A stretch of DNA of 64,000 nt from Eledone cirrhosa (taxonomy: Eukaryota). The first letter of the stretch is position 1; each line of letters starts with the position of its first letter. The notes under the pieces were generated by a model. That model worked only from the letters and a program-made list of their open reading frames with translations, was not told the origin of the DNA and did not search any database. Location of the stretch: NCBI GenBank assembly GCA_964016885.1, contig OZ024741.1, forward strand, positions 196,850,001 through 196,914,000. Reading direction: 5' to 3'. The translations under genes and the position numbers were made by a program. This document shows, piece by piece, positions 1 to 11,761 of this stretch.

Positions 1-658
1 ACAATACCCTCCACACTAAAAAACAAAGTAAAAATAATTTTACAAACTTTAAAAAAAATAAATTCCTAGTGGACTCAGTTTCAGTAGGAAACAGAGTCAA
101 GGTTTTCGGACTTCAATAATGCCACATTGAAAAGCATACTGCAGTGCATCCTTTCAATAGAATAATTTATTCATATAAATGAAATGTGAGCTGCTAACAA
201 TGACAAGAACTTTGGTAACTACCCAGCTCCTGTGTCTCAAATGCCACAGAGTGAAAAAAATAGTTTGTTAATAATTCCTAGTATTGTAAAATTTTATTCC
301 ATTCAACTGCGTGCAGTAACCTTCATCTTTACCACAGCATCCAGGATGTTGGAAAGAGCAAAGAGTAACACTTTCTGGCCTCTTCCCATCAATACTGGAT
401 GAAATAATTATACATCATTCCCAAAACCATGTTCCTTCTAATGTTTAATAGTGTGTGCTAAGATCTTGTGTTGGGCAAGTTTTCTTTCTGTGAAAAAGTA
501 TTTGAACATTGAATGTGTAATAAGTATAATTATTAATTACTACATTTTGTACACAATTTTTGTGCACTGGTTAAAAAATGATATGCATGTGTACACATGC
601 ACCCATAATCAACCTAAACATTCAACCCTAATTAAAACTATGGTCAACCTTATAATAT

Positions 659-810
659 TATACAGCAGCACCACACACAACACATTATACAGCAGCACCA
701 CACACAACAGAACAAACATACAGCAGCACTACACACAACATATTATACAGCAGCACTACACACAACCTTATAACATTATACAGCAACACTAACACAACAG
801 AACAACTAAA
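659..810. repeat. Minisatellite, 5 copies of ATACAGCAGCAC(C/T)ACACACAAC with variable 3' extensions
   Basis: Directly visible. It explains the repetitive QQHYTQ/YSSTTHN tail of ORF 451-792. Confidence 0.9.
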
Positions 811-1039
811 CAAAGAAATAAAGAAAATAAATCATAGAAAAACAGAAAACTGGCAAATATTTGTATCTAACATAAAACATAAAAAAAGCACTGAGGTGCT
901 ACATAGAGTAATTATCAACAACAATGACCACACCATGCTCATGTCATAACCTTCAATAAAATACGCACACTCCAAAACTAGGCAAACTGCTTCATCCAAC
1001 ATTTTTTGAAAATCATTCACAAAAACATAAAACAAAAAC

Positions 1040-1520
1040 TAAGAACCTTCTACCTAAATCATGATTTTGACACTGCTTCCTTCCATCCAACACACAAACT
1101 CAAAAGCCCCCAAACCAAACAAAATCACAAACACACATCTAAAAACCCTAGTGTCGGCACTCACCAGCATCTACAATTACTTGGTTCAACACTGTCAGAT
1201 GCCCAGAATCTCAAAATTGGGCAAAATCATAAGTCTAAAGCCCTTCAAAAACTGAAGTGAAGTAGCATCATACAGACCCATTATCTTCTATGCGTACTTT
1301 AAAAACTGTTTTAGAAAGTCTAATCCTTGACAATACTAACCCACATATCCCTATCTCCAAATCACAACAGGGATTCATTACCTTACACTCAATCACCACA
1401 TTGCTTAGGCACTGCCCATCCAAGGATATATGATAGCTAGAATGATAAAATCTCCCACATGTAGCATTCTAACTACCACTGACATCAGCAAAGCTTTGGA
1501 TTCCATTCTGTGTTCCATTT
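1040..1520 (+). mobile_element. Decayed non-LTR retrotransposon reverse-transcriptase fragment (clade uncertain)
   Basis: KAPKPNKITNTHLKTL...ALTSIYNY...QMPRISKLGKIISLKP, then YRPI, SQQGF and DISKALDSI in shifting frames. These are degenerate KAPGPDGI / YRPI / QxGF / DxxKAFD RT motifs. Confidence 0.75.
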
Positions 1521-2494
1521 ATAAAAAATTACTTTTGATAATAAACTGCTCTGGTTCTATGACACTCAGCTGTTTATTTTAAAGTGGTTTTATTTATCTA
1601 GAAACTTTCCGTCATCATTTTATGTAAGAACTTTTATTAAGCTATGATCTTAGGCTAGACAGGCAGTCAAACAACTATATATTGCTCATAAATTCCCTTT
1701 TGGCATGGATGCCCTTCTTATTGCCAACCACTTCACAGCATGTACTGGGTTCATTTTCTCATGGCCCCTTCTTACAGGGTGGACCGGGTGTTTTTTTCAT
1801 GGTACCAGCATTACCACTTTACTACATATCTCTACTTTAGTAATCCACGATCTTTCTAAATTCATCTCTCAACACTTCAGATAGTTCTGGATTCTTTCAC
1901 TTTTGCCTGACATATTAGATATTTCAAACACTCAACCTTTCATAATCTATTTTAATTTGATTTCTATCAATTACAAATTTACCACTAAACATCTAATTTT
2001 GCAATACATTATAACATTCTACAACAATCATAATATATTTAGGATGGTTCTCTTCTTTATTTCATTAAAATATACACAGATTCTATTTCCTTTCAGCAGT
2101 AATTTGTGGTGAGAATGCTACCTTCTAAAACTATTGCAGTTTTTATTTAGATACAGATAGTCAATTGTTTGAGTGAAGTAAAGTAACATTTTGTATGTGT
2201 GAGTCTGTAAGGGAAATAGGACATCAATTCAACAACAACAAATGACACATTAACCACAATTCATCGAGGATACTAAAATCATTAAATAATAACAGGATAT
2301 TCTATATATTTCTCTATGCCATCATTTCACACATTTGAAATGTATGTCAACTGGAATTAAAATCAGGTTAACTAACTAGAAGTTTCTATTTTGTATTTTT
2401 AGAAAGAATTTTGGAATATAATTTCTAATTCATGTGTAACACCCTATTTTAATTAATTAATGATGTATTTAATCATATATATGAATGCTCTATT

Positions 2495-3420
2495 ATTTAT
2501 GTTCAGATAAATGGCACTAAGTTGAAACCATTTAAAGTAAGTGTTGGACTGTCACCACTCCTGTTCATTATCTTTATGGACAAGATTGACATGTGTAGCC
2601 GGGTTGGAAGAGGTATCAAAACTAGTTGGTGTAGTATCAGTCAGGCTGGAATTTGCGGACGACATGGTACTACTTAATTTGTTAGAAGATGATTTTTGAT
2701 ATGCACTTGATAGGTTTTCTGCCAAGTGCTCCATGGCAGGAATGAAAATCAGTACTCTCAATGAAGCCTCCACAGTGCACCCTACATGTGAGTAGATTTC
2801 CACTGAAGCAGGTAGAGAAATTCAAGTATCTTGAAGCCATGTTCACAAATGATAGATGGCAGGGAGCTGAATTAAGTGCAACAATTGCAGGAGCTGGTGC
2901 TGTAATGCACCAGCTTCAGTATTCAGAAGAAGAGAGGTAGGTGTAAAAGCTAAACTCACTATTTTCAATTCAATATTCATGCCAACCCTTACCTATGGTC
3001 ATGAATCTTGGGTAATGACCAAAAGAATATGATCATGTATACAAGTGGCCAAATTGGGGTTCCTCCAAAGGATCTTTAGAGTAATGTTACTTGATAGAGT
3101 GCTTAGCTTGGAGATCAGGGAGTCCCTGCAGGTAAATCTGTTACTTCTCTGAATAGCGAGATCACAGCTCCGATATTACAGATGTGGTTAGAATGTCTCA
3201 GGAAAGAATTGCTGGTGAGATTATATGGGCAAAACCAACCGGCAGGAGACTTGGGTAGACCCTGAGCAGGATGGTTGGATAATATCCATGAACTTGACTG
3301 GTCTTACATGGGGATTTAGCCAGGTCAAGCGGAGACAGTTGCTTCCTACAGGACTTGTTAGAAGGCATGTTTGAAGACTTCCCCCATAACCCTACCATGA
3401 ATAAGTGAGTGAAGAAGAAA
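2495..3420 (+). mobile_element. 5'-truncated decayed RTE-clade LINE (Expander/Rex3-like), copy 1
   Basis: LSPLLF, FADD, FKYL, PTLTYGHESWVMT and RSQLRYY motifs with frameshifts. Homologous to 38270-39250 and 48213-48768. Confidence 0.88.
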
Positions 3421-4628
3421 CTGAAAATTTGAAAAATCCAGGTCTTGGGGGCTATTTTTGAAAACCACAAAGTTTAGATGGCTGTTACTGAATAGCAACA
3501 ACTGTTGAACACCCCATATTCTCTAATTATGTAGTATGGTTTGGAAACTTGACAAAATTCAGTTACCAAAAGACCTGATTTTTAGTGTATCAAGGGGGGT
3601 TAAAAGTGGAAAAAGTGCAAAAATGCACATTTTTAAAATTTTTGAACCATGATAACTGCTTATCATGAAGTTGAAGCCATATAAAACTATATATATTCTA
3701 AAATGCACTTGGAGGTGAGTCGAGAAAAATAGACAAAGTATTTTAAACTGATGTAAGAATCTCTTTGCGTCTCCTGAAAATAGCTCAAAATGGAAATTCC
3801 CACTTTTGGAGGGTAGTTCAGAGCCCCAAAGATCAATGTGCGACAATTTGGAAATCTTTAAACCTAAAAATTCTCAGACATTGACCTCTTGACTATACCA
3901 AAATATTAACGTGATTGGCAAATGAGGCTTCATACTTCTGCAATACATTACACATTCAGGGGAGTTGAAAAGCAGAAGAAATTCTTCAAGAGGCATATTG
4001 ATGTGTTTTCCCAAAGTGTACTTTCCTCCCAAAGCTCAAAAAAATGAAATGCACTAGAAATGAGTAAAACATAACAAGATACAATAAAAAACAAAAGGTA
4101 CCAAAAGCTATTCATAAGCATCATGTCTCATCAAACTTTGTATTTCTTTTATGTCATGAGAAAAACAATAGGATCGACCTGTGCTTCCAGAAGAAGGTTG
4201 ATCAACTTTCTTCATATCCAATGTCATCATTACTTGGCCAGAAAAATTGGCTTGCAGGGCCTTTGGGATGATGGAATTTAACATTAGTGTTAGAGTTAGT
4301 TACTTCTCATAGATACCAATAAATGGTGAATATTTGAAGAAAATCTGAAGATCTCTGGGATGGATCCTTGTTGAATTTCACTGGAATGACCCTTTCATGT
4401 GACGAATTTGAATTCAAATAAACCTTTAATCATCAAGCATCACATATTCCATAATAATCAAAATCAAACTCAGGGTTTGAATTTGATAGCAAGACTGATG
4501 GAGACTACTGGAAAGTGGTTTCAGCTAAATACTTAAATGAGTACCTGTTGCCTATAAAAGGACTTGGACTCAGCTGTCTATCACATAGTCTCTATTTATA
4601 CATAGGTACATTTGAGCATGAGATTTAA

Positions 4629-5034
4629 TCCTTTTGTTACTATATTTCTACTGAAAGATACTGTAATTTCCAAATCTTTTTGAAAATAACAAAGAATTTA
4701 AAACACAACATAACAAAGGTTCTTACATAAAATAATTGTTTCTACTTTAGGCACAAGGCCAGCAATTACCCAGTGCATCACTGGTACTTTATTTTATCGA
4801 CCCCGTAAGGATGAAAGGCAAAGTCAACCTCGGCGGGATTTGAACTCAGATCGTAAAGGGACGTAACTATGCTGGAAAGCATGGCGTCCGACCCTCTACC
4901 GATACTGCCAATCCACGGTTCTTACATAAAATAATGATGGAAGGTTTTGTTTTTTAGATAAATATAAACACTTTAAAATAAACAACTTTGTATCATAGAA
5001 CCAAAGCTGGTTTCAGGCAGTGTGGTACCAAAAT
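4629..5034 (+). mobile_element. piggyBac-type MITE family A copy, interrupted by a SINE
   Basis: TTAA + (T)CCTTTTGTTAC start and GGTACCAAAATG end. Internal similarity to the copies at 10439, 14010 and 49857. Confidence 0.75.
4737..4916 (-). mobile_element. Young tRNA-derived SINE (family A)
   Basis: On the SINE strand: A box TGGCAGTATCGG and B box GAGTTCAAATCCC. 19-bp TSD GGTTCTTACATAAAATAAT (4718-4736, 4917-4935). Confidence 0.93.
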
Positions 5035-5619
5035 GTTTATGTGCATTGTAATAGAGTCTATGACATCAAAGAATACGATTTGATGGTCTGATTTGGAATT
5101 AATGTGCAGGTTACAATCATACACATGGTAAGCTGTTCAACTATGCACAGTACCTATTTTAAACTCTAGAGATAGGGATAGAACCTGCATGCTGAATTTT
5201 AAAGTTTTGACCAATGTCTTTTATTTGTTACTCCAATTTGATGCATTATGTACTTAACTGAATTTGTTTTGTTATTTAGCATAAATAATTACCAAAGGTA
5301 ATAATTATAAAAGATTGAAACTTATTTTGAAAGTTTGCAATCCAAATTTGATTTCTTTGAAGGCATAAGCAGCCCACAAAAGATTAAGCTCAACCAAATT
5401 GTAAAAAAAAAATCTCTAAAAAGATACATATGTATAAGAAGCATTATTTTGGTTAGAGTCAAAGCAAGCTAGTTAGTAAGTATTGTAGTGCTTTATAAAA
5501 CTGTTAAATACAACATTTTCACTAAGGATTTTAAATGTTACTTTCAAGAAATTCTACTTATAGATTTCTTTGATGTAATGTTCACATGCTCTATTTTTAA
5601 TATTCTTTAACATCTTAAA

Positions 5620-5760
5620 GTTGAGGGAGAAGCTGGGTTTAAGAGGAATCCAATGTGGTGTGCAGGAGAAAAGACTGTGTTGGTATGGACATGTGATGTG
5701 CATGGACAATGATCATTGGGTGAAGAAGTGTCAGGAAATGTCTGCGGAAGGAAGCTAATA
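5620..5760 (+). mobile_element. Short 3' RTE-like LINE remnant
   Basis: Translates LREKLGLRGIQCGVQEKRLCWYGHVM..DNDHWVKKC, an RTE C-terminal motif. Confidence 0.7.
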
Positions 5761-6160
5761 TTATGTATTTGCTAATTCATCATCATCATGCAATTTAATT
5801 TCATATTTAACTTTAATCAATTTGAATACTTTTATAACTCCCTGCATAGCATTTTAGAAATCAATTAAATTTCCCTTTATTTCAAAAGTTGGCAATTTTA
5901 GCAACACAATAACTTAAAACCAACAAAAGATTGGGGTTTTTTGTTAATATTTTCTGTAAACATATTTTTATACAATAAAATCTAGCTTACATTTAAACTT
6001 GTTAGAAAGAACATTAAAATATCACTTGAATAAATTGTAAGACACTGAAAACAATGGAACAATTACATACAATATTTTGCTGCATATGCTAAAGGCCTTT
6101 CTTATATACAAGCATTAACTACAATAGTAGTGCAACATGCAGAAATGCACATATAATTAA

Positions 6161-6404
6161 CACTAGAAGTTCCAATAATATATATATATATATATAGTAA
6201 TAATAATTATGAAGTCTAAAATCCAAAGAGGGCTCAATAAGGATTATATATATATATATATATATATATACCAAATGTTTCCTTTAAATTAAATTTAAAA
6301 CAAATTAATTTGTTGCACATGATTACATATAAAGATATATTGAAGAGTAAACATGAAACAAATTATACCATTTTATTTTTGAACAAAAACTGGAGCTTCT
6401 AGTG
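6161..6404. mobile_element. piggyBac-type MITE
   Basis: TTAA flanks. TIRs CACTAGAAGTTCCA / TGGAGCTTCTAGTG. Confidence 0.85.
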
Positions 6405-7799
6405 TTAAATATTTTTATCTCACAAAGTGTTTATTTAACAGAAATGTCAGAAAACATCTCCATCAAATAAAGTATCAAAAGAAAAGGCAGGATTGATTTT
6501 ACATCATGTGAAAACAGAAAGGTGATAACTTTTACAATTAAATTTCTAAATAAACACACTGTATAAAAAACAAGTTAAAGCAAATTGTATGTATCAAATT
6601 CAATAATAAAATAACATACAAATACATAGACAATAAAGATACATAGACAGTTAGATTGATTTACTGAAATAAATAGAAAAGTGAAGACCAAATTCTCAGA
6701 ACAGAGTATATAATAAAACTATTTCTGACACTGGTCAATAAAAATGTCCTTTTTACATTATTTAAACAAAGCTTGTAAGAAATACGATTAACATGAGAAC
6801 AGTTTACTTGATTTAATGTTTAGAAATAATTTTTATTGGGAAGGTTTGTTGAAAAGCCAGCTGTAACTTCAAAGCAAAAACTCATGCCCAAAGCTATTCA
6901 AATATTGTAACTAAATATATAATGAAAAAAAAATTGTGTTGATGTTGACAGGCATAAGTGATGGTACTATTCAAGGATGCTATATGATGGGCTTTATGGC
7001 TCCAGAGTTATAGCTCTGGTTCCACAGTGCCACAAACATTCATTTAGAGTTCTCTAAACTTGTCACACATTAAAACAAGCAAATAAAATAATAAAAAAAT
7101 ACTTGTTGAAATTTTGTAAAAAAAAGAGAAAATTTAATGTTTACAAATTATTCACAAAATTCCATATAAAATATTCAATATTGACATGAAAAATATATAT
7201 TTAAAATACTTTCTAAGCACTGTTTCATATTCATATTAAATATTGCTTTTTACAATTAAAAATGCATCAATAAATAGATGTAAAATTTAAATGAATTATT
7301 GAAATAATTATTTTTAATGGTGCTTTATATTAATCCAAACTATAAAAACAAGCTACTTGAAAATTATTGAAACAATTACATTTTAGAGATGAAAAAAATG
7401 TACCAAAGGTGAAAAATAAAAAGTTAAAATAAATGGTAGTTAGTAGAATATGCTAATATCAATTGTTATTAGTGATCAACGAATCTTGAAGATTGATGGA
7501 ACAGTGCAGATGGTGTTCATTTGAGATACATTTTAGTAAACTGTCACAACAGAGAATTAATTGGTGCTTGTTTTTCTCCTAATTAAACCAATAGAGACAA
7601 GTGGAAAATTCAAACACTAAATATAGTAGACAAACTTGAGACAAAAAGACAGAAACACACACAGACAGTATTAGCACTGGTACCAATAGAGAACTCATTG
7701 TGGGAAATGCTATACCAACTACAGGGCAAATGATCTGTAATATGTACAGAGAATTGTCCTATCAAAAGAAGCAGGCAAGAATCAAAGTGGAGGACTCAC

Positions 7800-7859
7800 C
7801 AATGTTTGACTAAGAGGCATCCTTTTCCGCTGGATCTTCAATGCAGCCAAATTTTGAGC
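7800..7859 (-). CDS. Possible 60-nt symmetric cassette exon of the EML-like gene (AQNLAALKIQRKRMPLSQTL)
   Basis: TTCAG|GCT...TTG|GTGAGT. Open and phase 0-0, which matches the phase-0 intron after ...KREGR. The acceptor pyrimidine tract is weak and there is no homology support. Confidence 0.25.
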
Positions 7860-8978
7860 CTGAATTATCAACAAACTTGGTCTAAAGTGTTCCATTAACA
7901 TCAAAGTCTGATGTTGCTATATGCACAGCAGCTTACTGCATTCTTGTTAGCATTTAGAGGTCAATAGTTTACCTCAAAAGACATTTCTTTAAGGGGCCAA
8001 ACATGTTAAATGGTTTAGAGTTGGCAAGTAGTCAATAAATCATAGGGGCAATTACTAGTTAAGGAGTGGAAACAGGGATTAGCTGGTCATGATATTTAAA
8101 AATAATGATACAGCTGTGAAGTTATCTGACAAAGACAATTGCTTTGAAAAAGAATTTGTTTAATTACATAGACAAAAATATCAATGGTTGATTAAGAGAG
8201 TGATTTTTCTACAAATCCATTGTCATGTTATTTAACAGATTCCCATAGTTTTCCCATATTTTTAAAACCAGACACCAAATATATAGAAACTATCATTATA
8301 TGAACAATAAATATAAACAAATGAAACTAGATTTAACAAGTGAAAGAAATCTCTTCTTAATGAGTAATGAAAACTTTCATCAAACCAACAACTAAAAAGT
8401 ATTCAATCTATTTCTTTTCCTGTGCATGAACACCAATGACCATTCAAGATATCCATTCTAATATCAATTATATGCCAGAAACATGTTTAAAGAGAGCTGA
8501 CGCCACTGAACTTCATAAATCATCCAACAAGTTAAAAGAGTCAGAGTTAAAGGAGTTGGTATTAAATTTATACAGAGGAAATTTCCTTGTAGTTATATGT
8601 GGAATAAAACAACTTGTAAGGGTTATGTCATAACAAAATATCAATTAATAAAGAAGATGATTCATGTGGAGAAAATGCCAGAAAAATATACAGCTATGTT
8701 GATGGAAAAATGTGATTGTAATTTTCCCTTCTTGTCAAAATATGTCATCAATAATGTTTTGAGAAGAAAAAATATATCGTTTTAAACTATATTAACAAAA
8801 AAAAATATATTTTTACAATAATATTTTTTCTTAAAACATATATATATTTTAAAGAAGAAAGGTGGTTTTAAGTATACATCCTCTGTTTATTATATAATCC
8901 TGTTATACATATTTCAAAGTCATCGAAGTGATTGCATAATAACACCTGTCTGATGAAAACATGTCAAATGGTTAAGTT

Positions 8979-9112
8979 GTAATATTTTTTTTTTGATATG
9001 CTACTGTAGTTAGGAACATGATGATAGTAGTCCTACTACAGTATGGTTACTATAGTGGACTACTACCACCATGTACTTAACTACACTAGCATATCAAAAA
9101 TAAAAACATTAC
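8979..9112. repeat. Imperfect palindrome (about 65-bp arms, 4-nt loop)
   Basis: TTTTTGATATGCTACTGTAGTTAGG...GTAGTCC pairs with GGACTAC...TTAACTACACTAGCATATCAAAAA. Confidence 0.9.
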
Positions 9113-9660
9113 TATCAGTTTTTTAAACAATCCTCTTTTCTGCATCACATATCCATACCAGACTAGTGCAATCAGGATTATGGTTGTGAATATGTGAGTA
9201 GTGGGTGTGTATCAGAAGGCAGTGGGAGGCTGTCAGATCCTACACTGTTCCCAGTTATAGTGAATGAATGTGAGTAATTCAGATAAGGAAAGAAGAAAGA
9301 AAACAAATTAAGGCGGTGAGGGTTCAGAGAGAGTCAAGAGGGAGGGAGAAACATTCTGTGAGGGACCTAAATCTACATATTTCACAGCCTCCACACTACC
9401 ATCCTTCTCATTATATACACATCTATATACGATCTCTCTTTCTCCTTCTGTGTGTATGTGTGTGCATGTATTCATCATTTTATGTCCCCTCTCCACACTG
9501 GCATGGGCTGGACAGCTTGTAAATGCTTGAGGCCATATGGGTTGGAGCAAACTATATTGTTTGTTACAGTCCGTATTTAGCATGGTTTCTATGACTGAAT
9601 GTTTTTCCCAACACCAAGTACCTCACATGGTGTGCTGAGTGTGTTTTTTGTGACACCAGC

Positions 9661-9698
<38 letters not shown>

Positions 9699-9699
<1 letters not shown>

Positions 9700-9858
9700 T
9701 GTATTTCCCGGTGCTGAAGACGCTTTGTCCTCGAGGATGCACCCTAATTTTGACAACCAAAAATTTGAAAAAAACTAATAAACAACCTTCGGCCTCCAGG
9801 TAGATTTTTTAGACTTATTTTAGGTAAAAAGTAGCATCTTCGACACCGGGAAATACGG
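9699..9858. mobile_element. pogo/Tc1-type MITE (160 bp)
   Basis: TA flanks. TIRs CTGTATTTCCCGGTGCTGAAGACGC vs reverse complement CCGTATTTCCCGGTGTCGAAGATGC. Confidence 0.9.
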
Positions 9859-10144
9859 TATTTATATAATATTTATGAGAGTAAAGAATAGGTTTTTCTC
9901 ATTTACTAGGTGCATTTTAAATTTTAACTCAATGCTATGATAGGATCAAGCAAGGCCAATATATATATAAATATATTGTATTCCACCTGTGGTGGTGCTG
10001 ATAATGTTGTTAGAAGTTAATGTGTTCTTGGAAAGAGGGTTACAGTGAGATTAGGCAATGTGACCAGTGGTTTTTGTAGTAAGCAGTAGCTGCATAAGGT
10101 TTCCTGAGAAAGAATCTTCCCAGGTTACAGAGTCATTTATATTT

Positions 10145-10234
10145 GTGAGTGTGTATAGAACAATGAAAACAAAAGTCAGAGATAGGTAGCTAATTAACTA
10201 CCTATCTCTAACTTTTGTTTTGATTCCATTGTTC

Positions 10235-10246
<12 letters not shown>
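10145..10246. repeat. Imperfect palindrome (about 45-bp arms) running into (CA)n
   Basis: GTGTGTATAGAACAATG..AAAACAAAAGT.AGAGATAGGTAG pairs with CTACCTATCTCT.ACTTTTGTTTT..CATTGTTCTATACACAC. Confidence 0.9.
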
Positions 10247-10285
<39 letters not shown>

Positions 10286-10438
10286 TAAATATATATTGAA
10301 AGCGGTGGCTTAAGTATGGCTGCAGCCTATTAATAATAGAAAAACTAATAGAATAATTTTGATAAGTTAGATAACTTATTTAATTTGGAGCAACTTATAT
10401 CACTTGAATAGCATACACTGCTCAGATTATATTCTTAA

Positions 10439-10667
10439 CCTTTCGTTACCATATTTCTAATGAAAGACACTGTCTATGGTTATCAAATCCTCTTAAAAAT
10501 AATCTACAACCTGGAGGGATTTAGTAACATAACTTTCTCATTCTTAAGTTGATGCTTGAAACAACTTAAATGTGTTTACGTAAAATTATGAAGGAAGGAT
10601 TTTAAATAAATATAAGCATTCTAAAATAAAGTTCTAAATCATAGATCTAAGGGCAGATTCATAGGGG
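10439..10667 (+). mobile_element. piggyBac-type MITE family A
   Basis: TTAA on both sides and CCTTTCGTTACCATATTTCT start. Shares the GGAAGG.TTTTA.ATAAATATAA core. Confidence 0.8.
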
Positions 10668-11500
10668 TTAATCTGCAGTTTTCATTAGTGTAGTGTTTGT
10701 TTATCTTTTCCTGGTATACTAGTATAATGGTTAAGAGCAATGAAACAGTGACTTAAAATTAAGATATTCATTGTCCCAGAATATGTATATACACCATAAC
10801 AACATTTAAGGATATACTGTTTGAAATATTGCTAAAACTATGATTTTTGGAAGTGAATAATCCAAACAATGCAAAATATATAAGAAATAGAAAGATTTTC
10901 ATTAAAAAAAATGTTTGGCTGAGTTTAAAGCAAAAATCACTGATTTTGCAGAGTCAAAATATAATATTGAATGATGTAGTAGCAATTTTGTGAAGTGAAA
11001 AGAGTAATCACATACTTCTACAAGATACAGATTTATTTTTATAAATTGGTAAAAAACGTAGTAGCTGTTTAAAAGTTATTTCAAAATAAACTTTATATAA
11101 TGTTTGCTTTATTTGTGTTACTTGAAATATGCTTTTTATAGTTTATCCATTTATTTCGTTGACTTGTAGAAAGCTTGTTTACAAGCCTCAAAGGTTTATA
11201 ATTTGTGTACTGACATGTCAACTTATGGCCAAAGCACATCATAAATAGCTAGTCCACCTAGTAAATAGCAACTGGGTATAATCTTGAAAGCTTTGATAAT
11301 TATGGAGAAAAGTTCAATTTCTCCTAAGAGAGAAGGTGGATTAAGTCTAGCTAAGTTGCTTTAGAAATGTTACATGCATGAGGAAATATTCAAGATCATG
11401 AAACTACTAAATTTTATTAAGTGAATATTTGGCTAAAAAGAAATGAAAAAATATTTTATAAACAAGTTTTACTTTAGACAAAACTTTAAATAGTTTATAC

Positions 11501-11761
11501 CAGTGGTCCTCAACCACCAGGCTATAGACCATTTGGTACTGGGCTGCTAAGAAGCCCATCACTATTGGTGAAGAGTTGATCCTGCCTGATGCTAAAGACA
11601 TTTGCTGAGAAGTTTTAGGAAAAGTTGCAATTAAAAAGGTGCCTCTTTTGACTAGTACCACAACTAGATGAATTGATGAAATAGCAGAGGACACTGAGGC
11701 ACAATTGTTAGAGAATATTAAGAAGTCACCAGTCTGGTGCAAAAAGGTTCGGGGACTGCTG
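11501..11761 (+). mobile_element. Non-autonomous hAT (Charlie/Buster) element with an internal transposase remnant
   Basis: Perfect 8-bp TSD GTTTATAC (11493-11500, 11762-11769). TIRs CAGTGGTCCTCAACC / GGTTCGGGGACTGCTG. Internal KP.TIGEELILP.AKDIC...IDEIAED.EAQLLE. Confidence 0.93.

Noticed and set aside
3430-3980. Unclassified non-autonomous DNA element
   Set aside because: The composition looks TE-like, but I could not identify TIRs, a TSD or a second copy.
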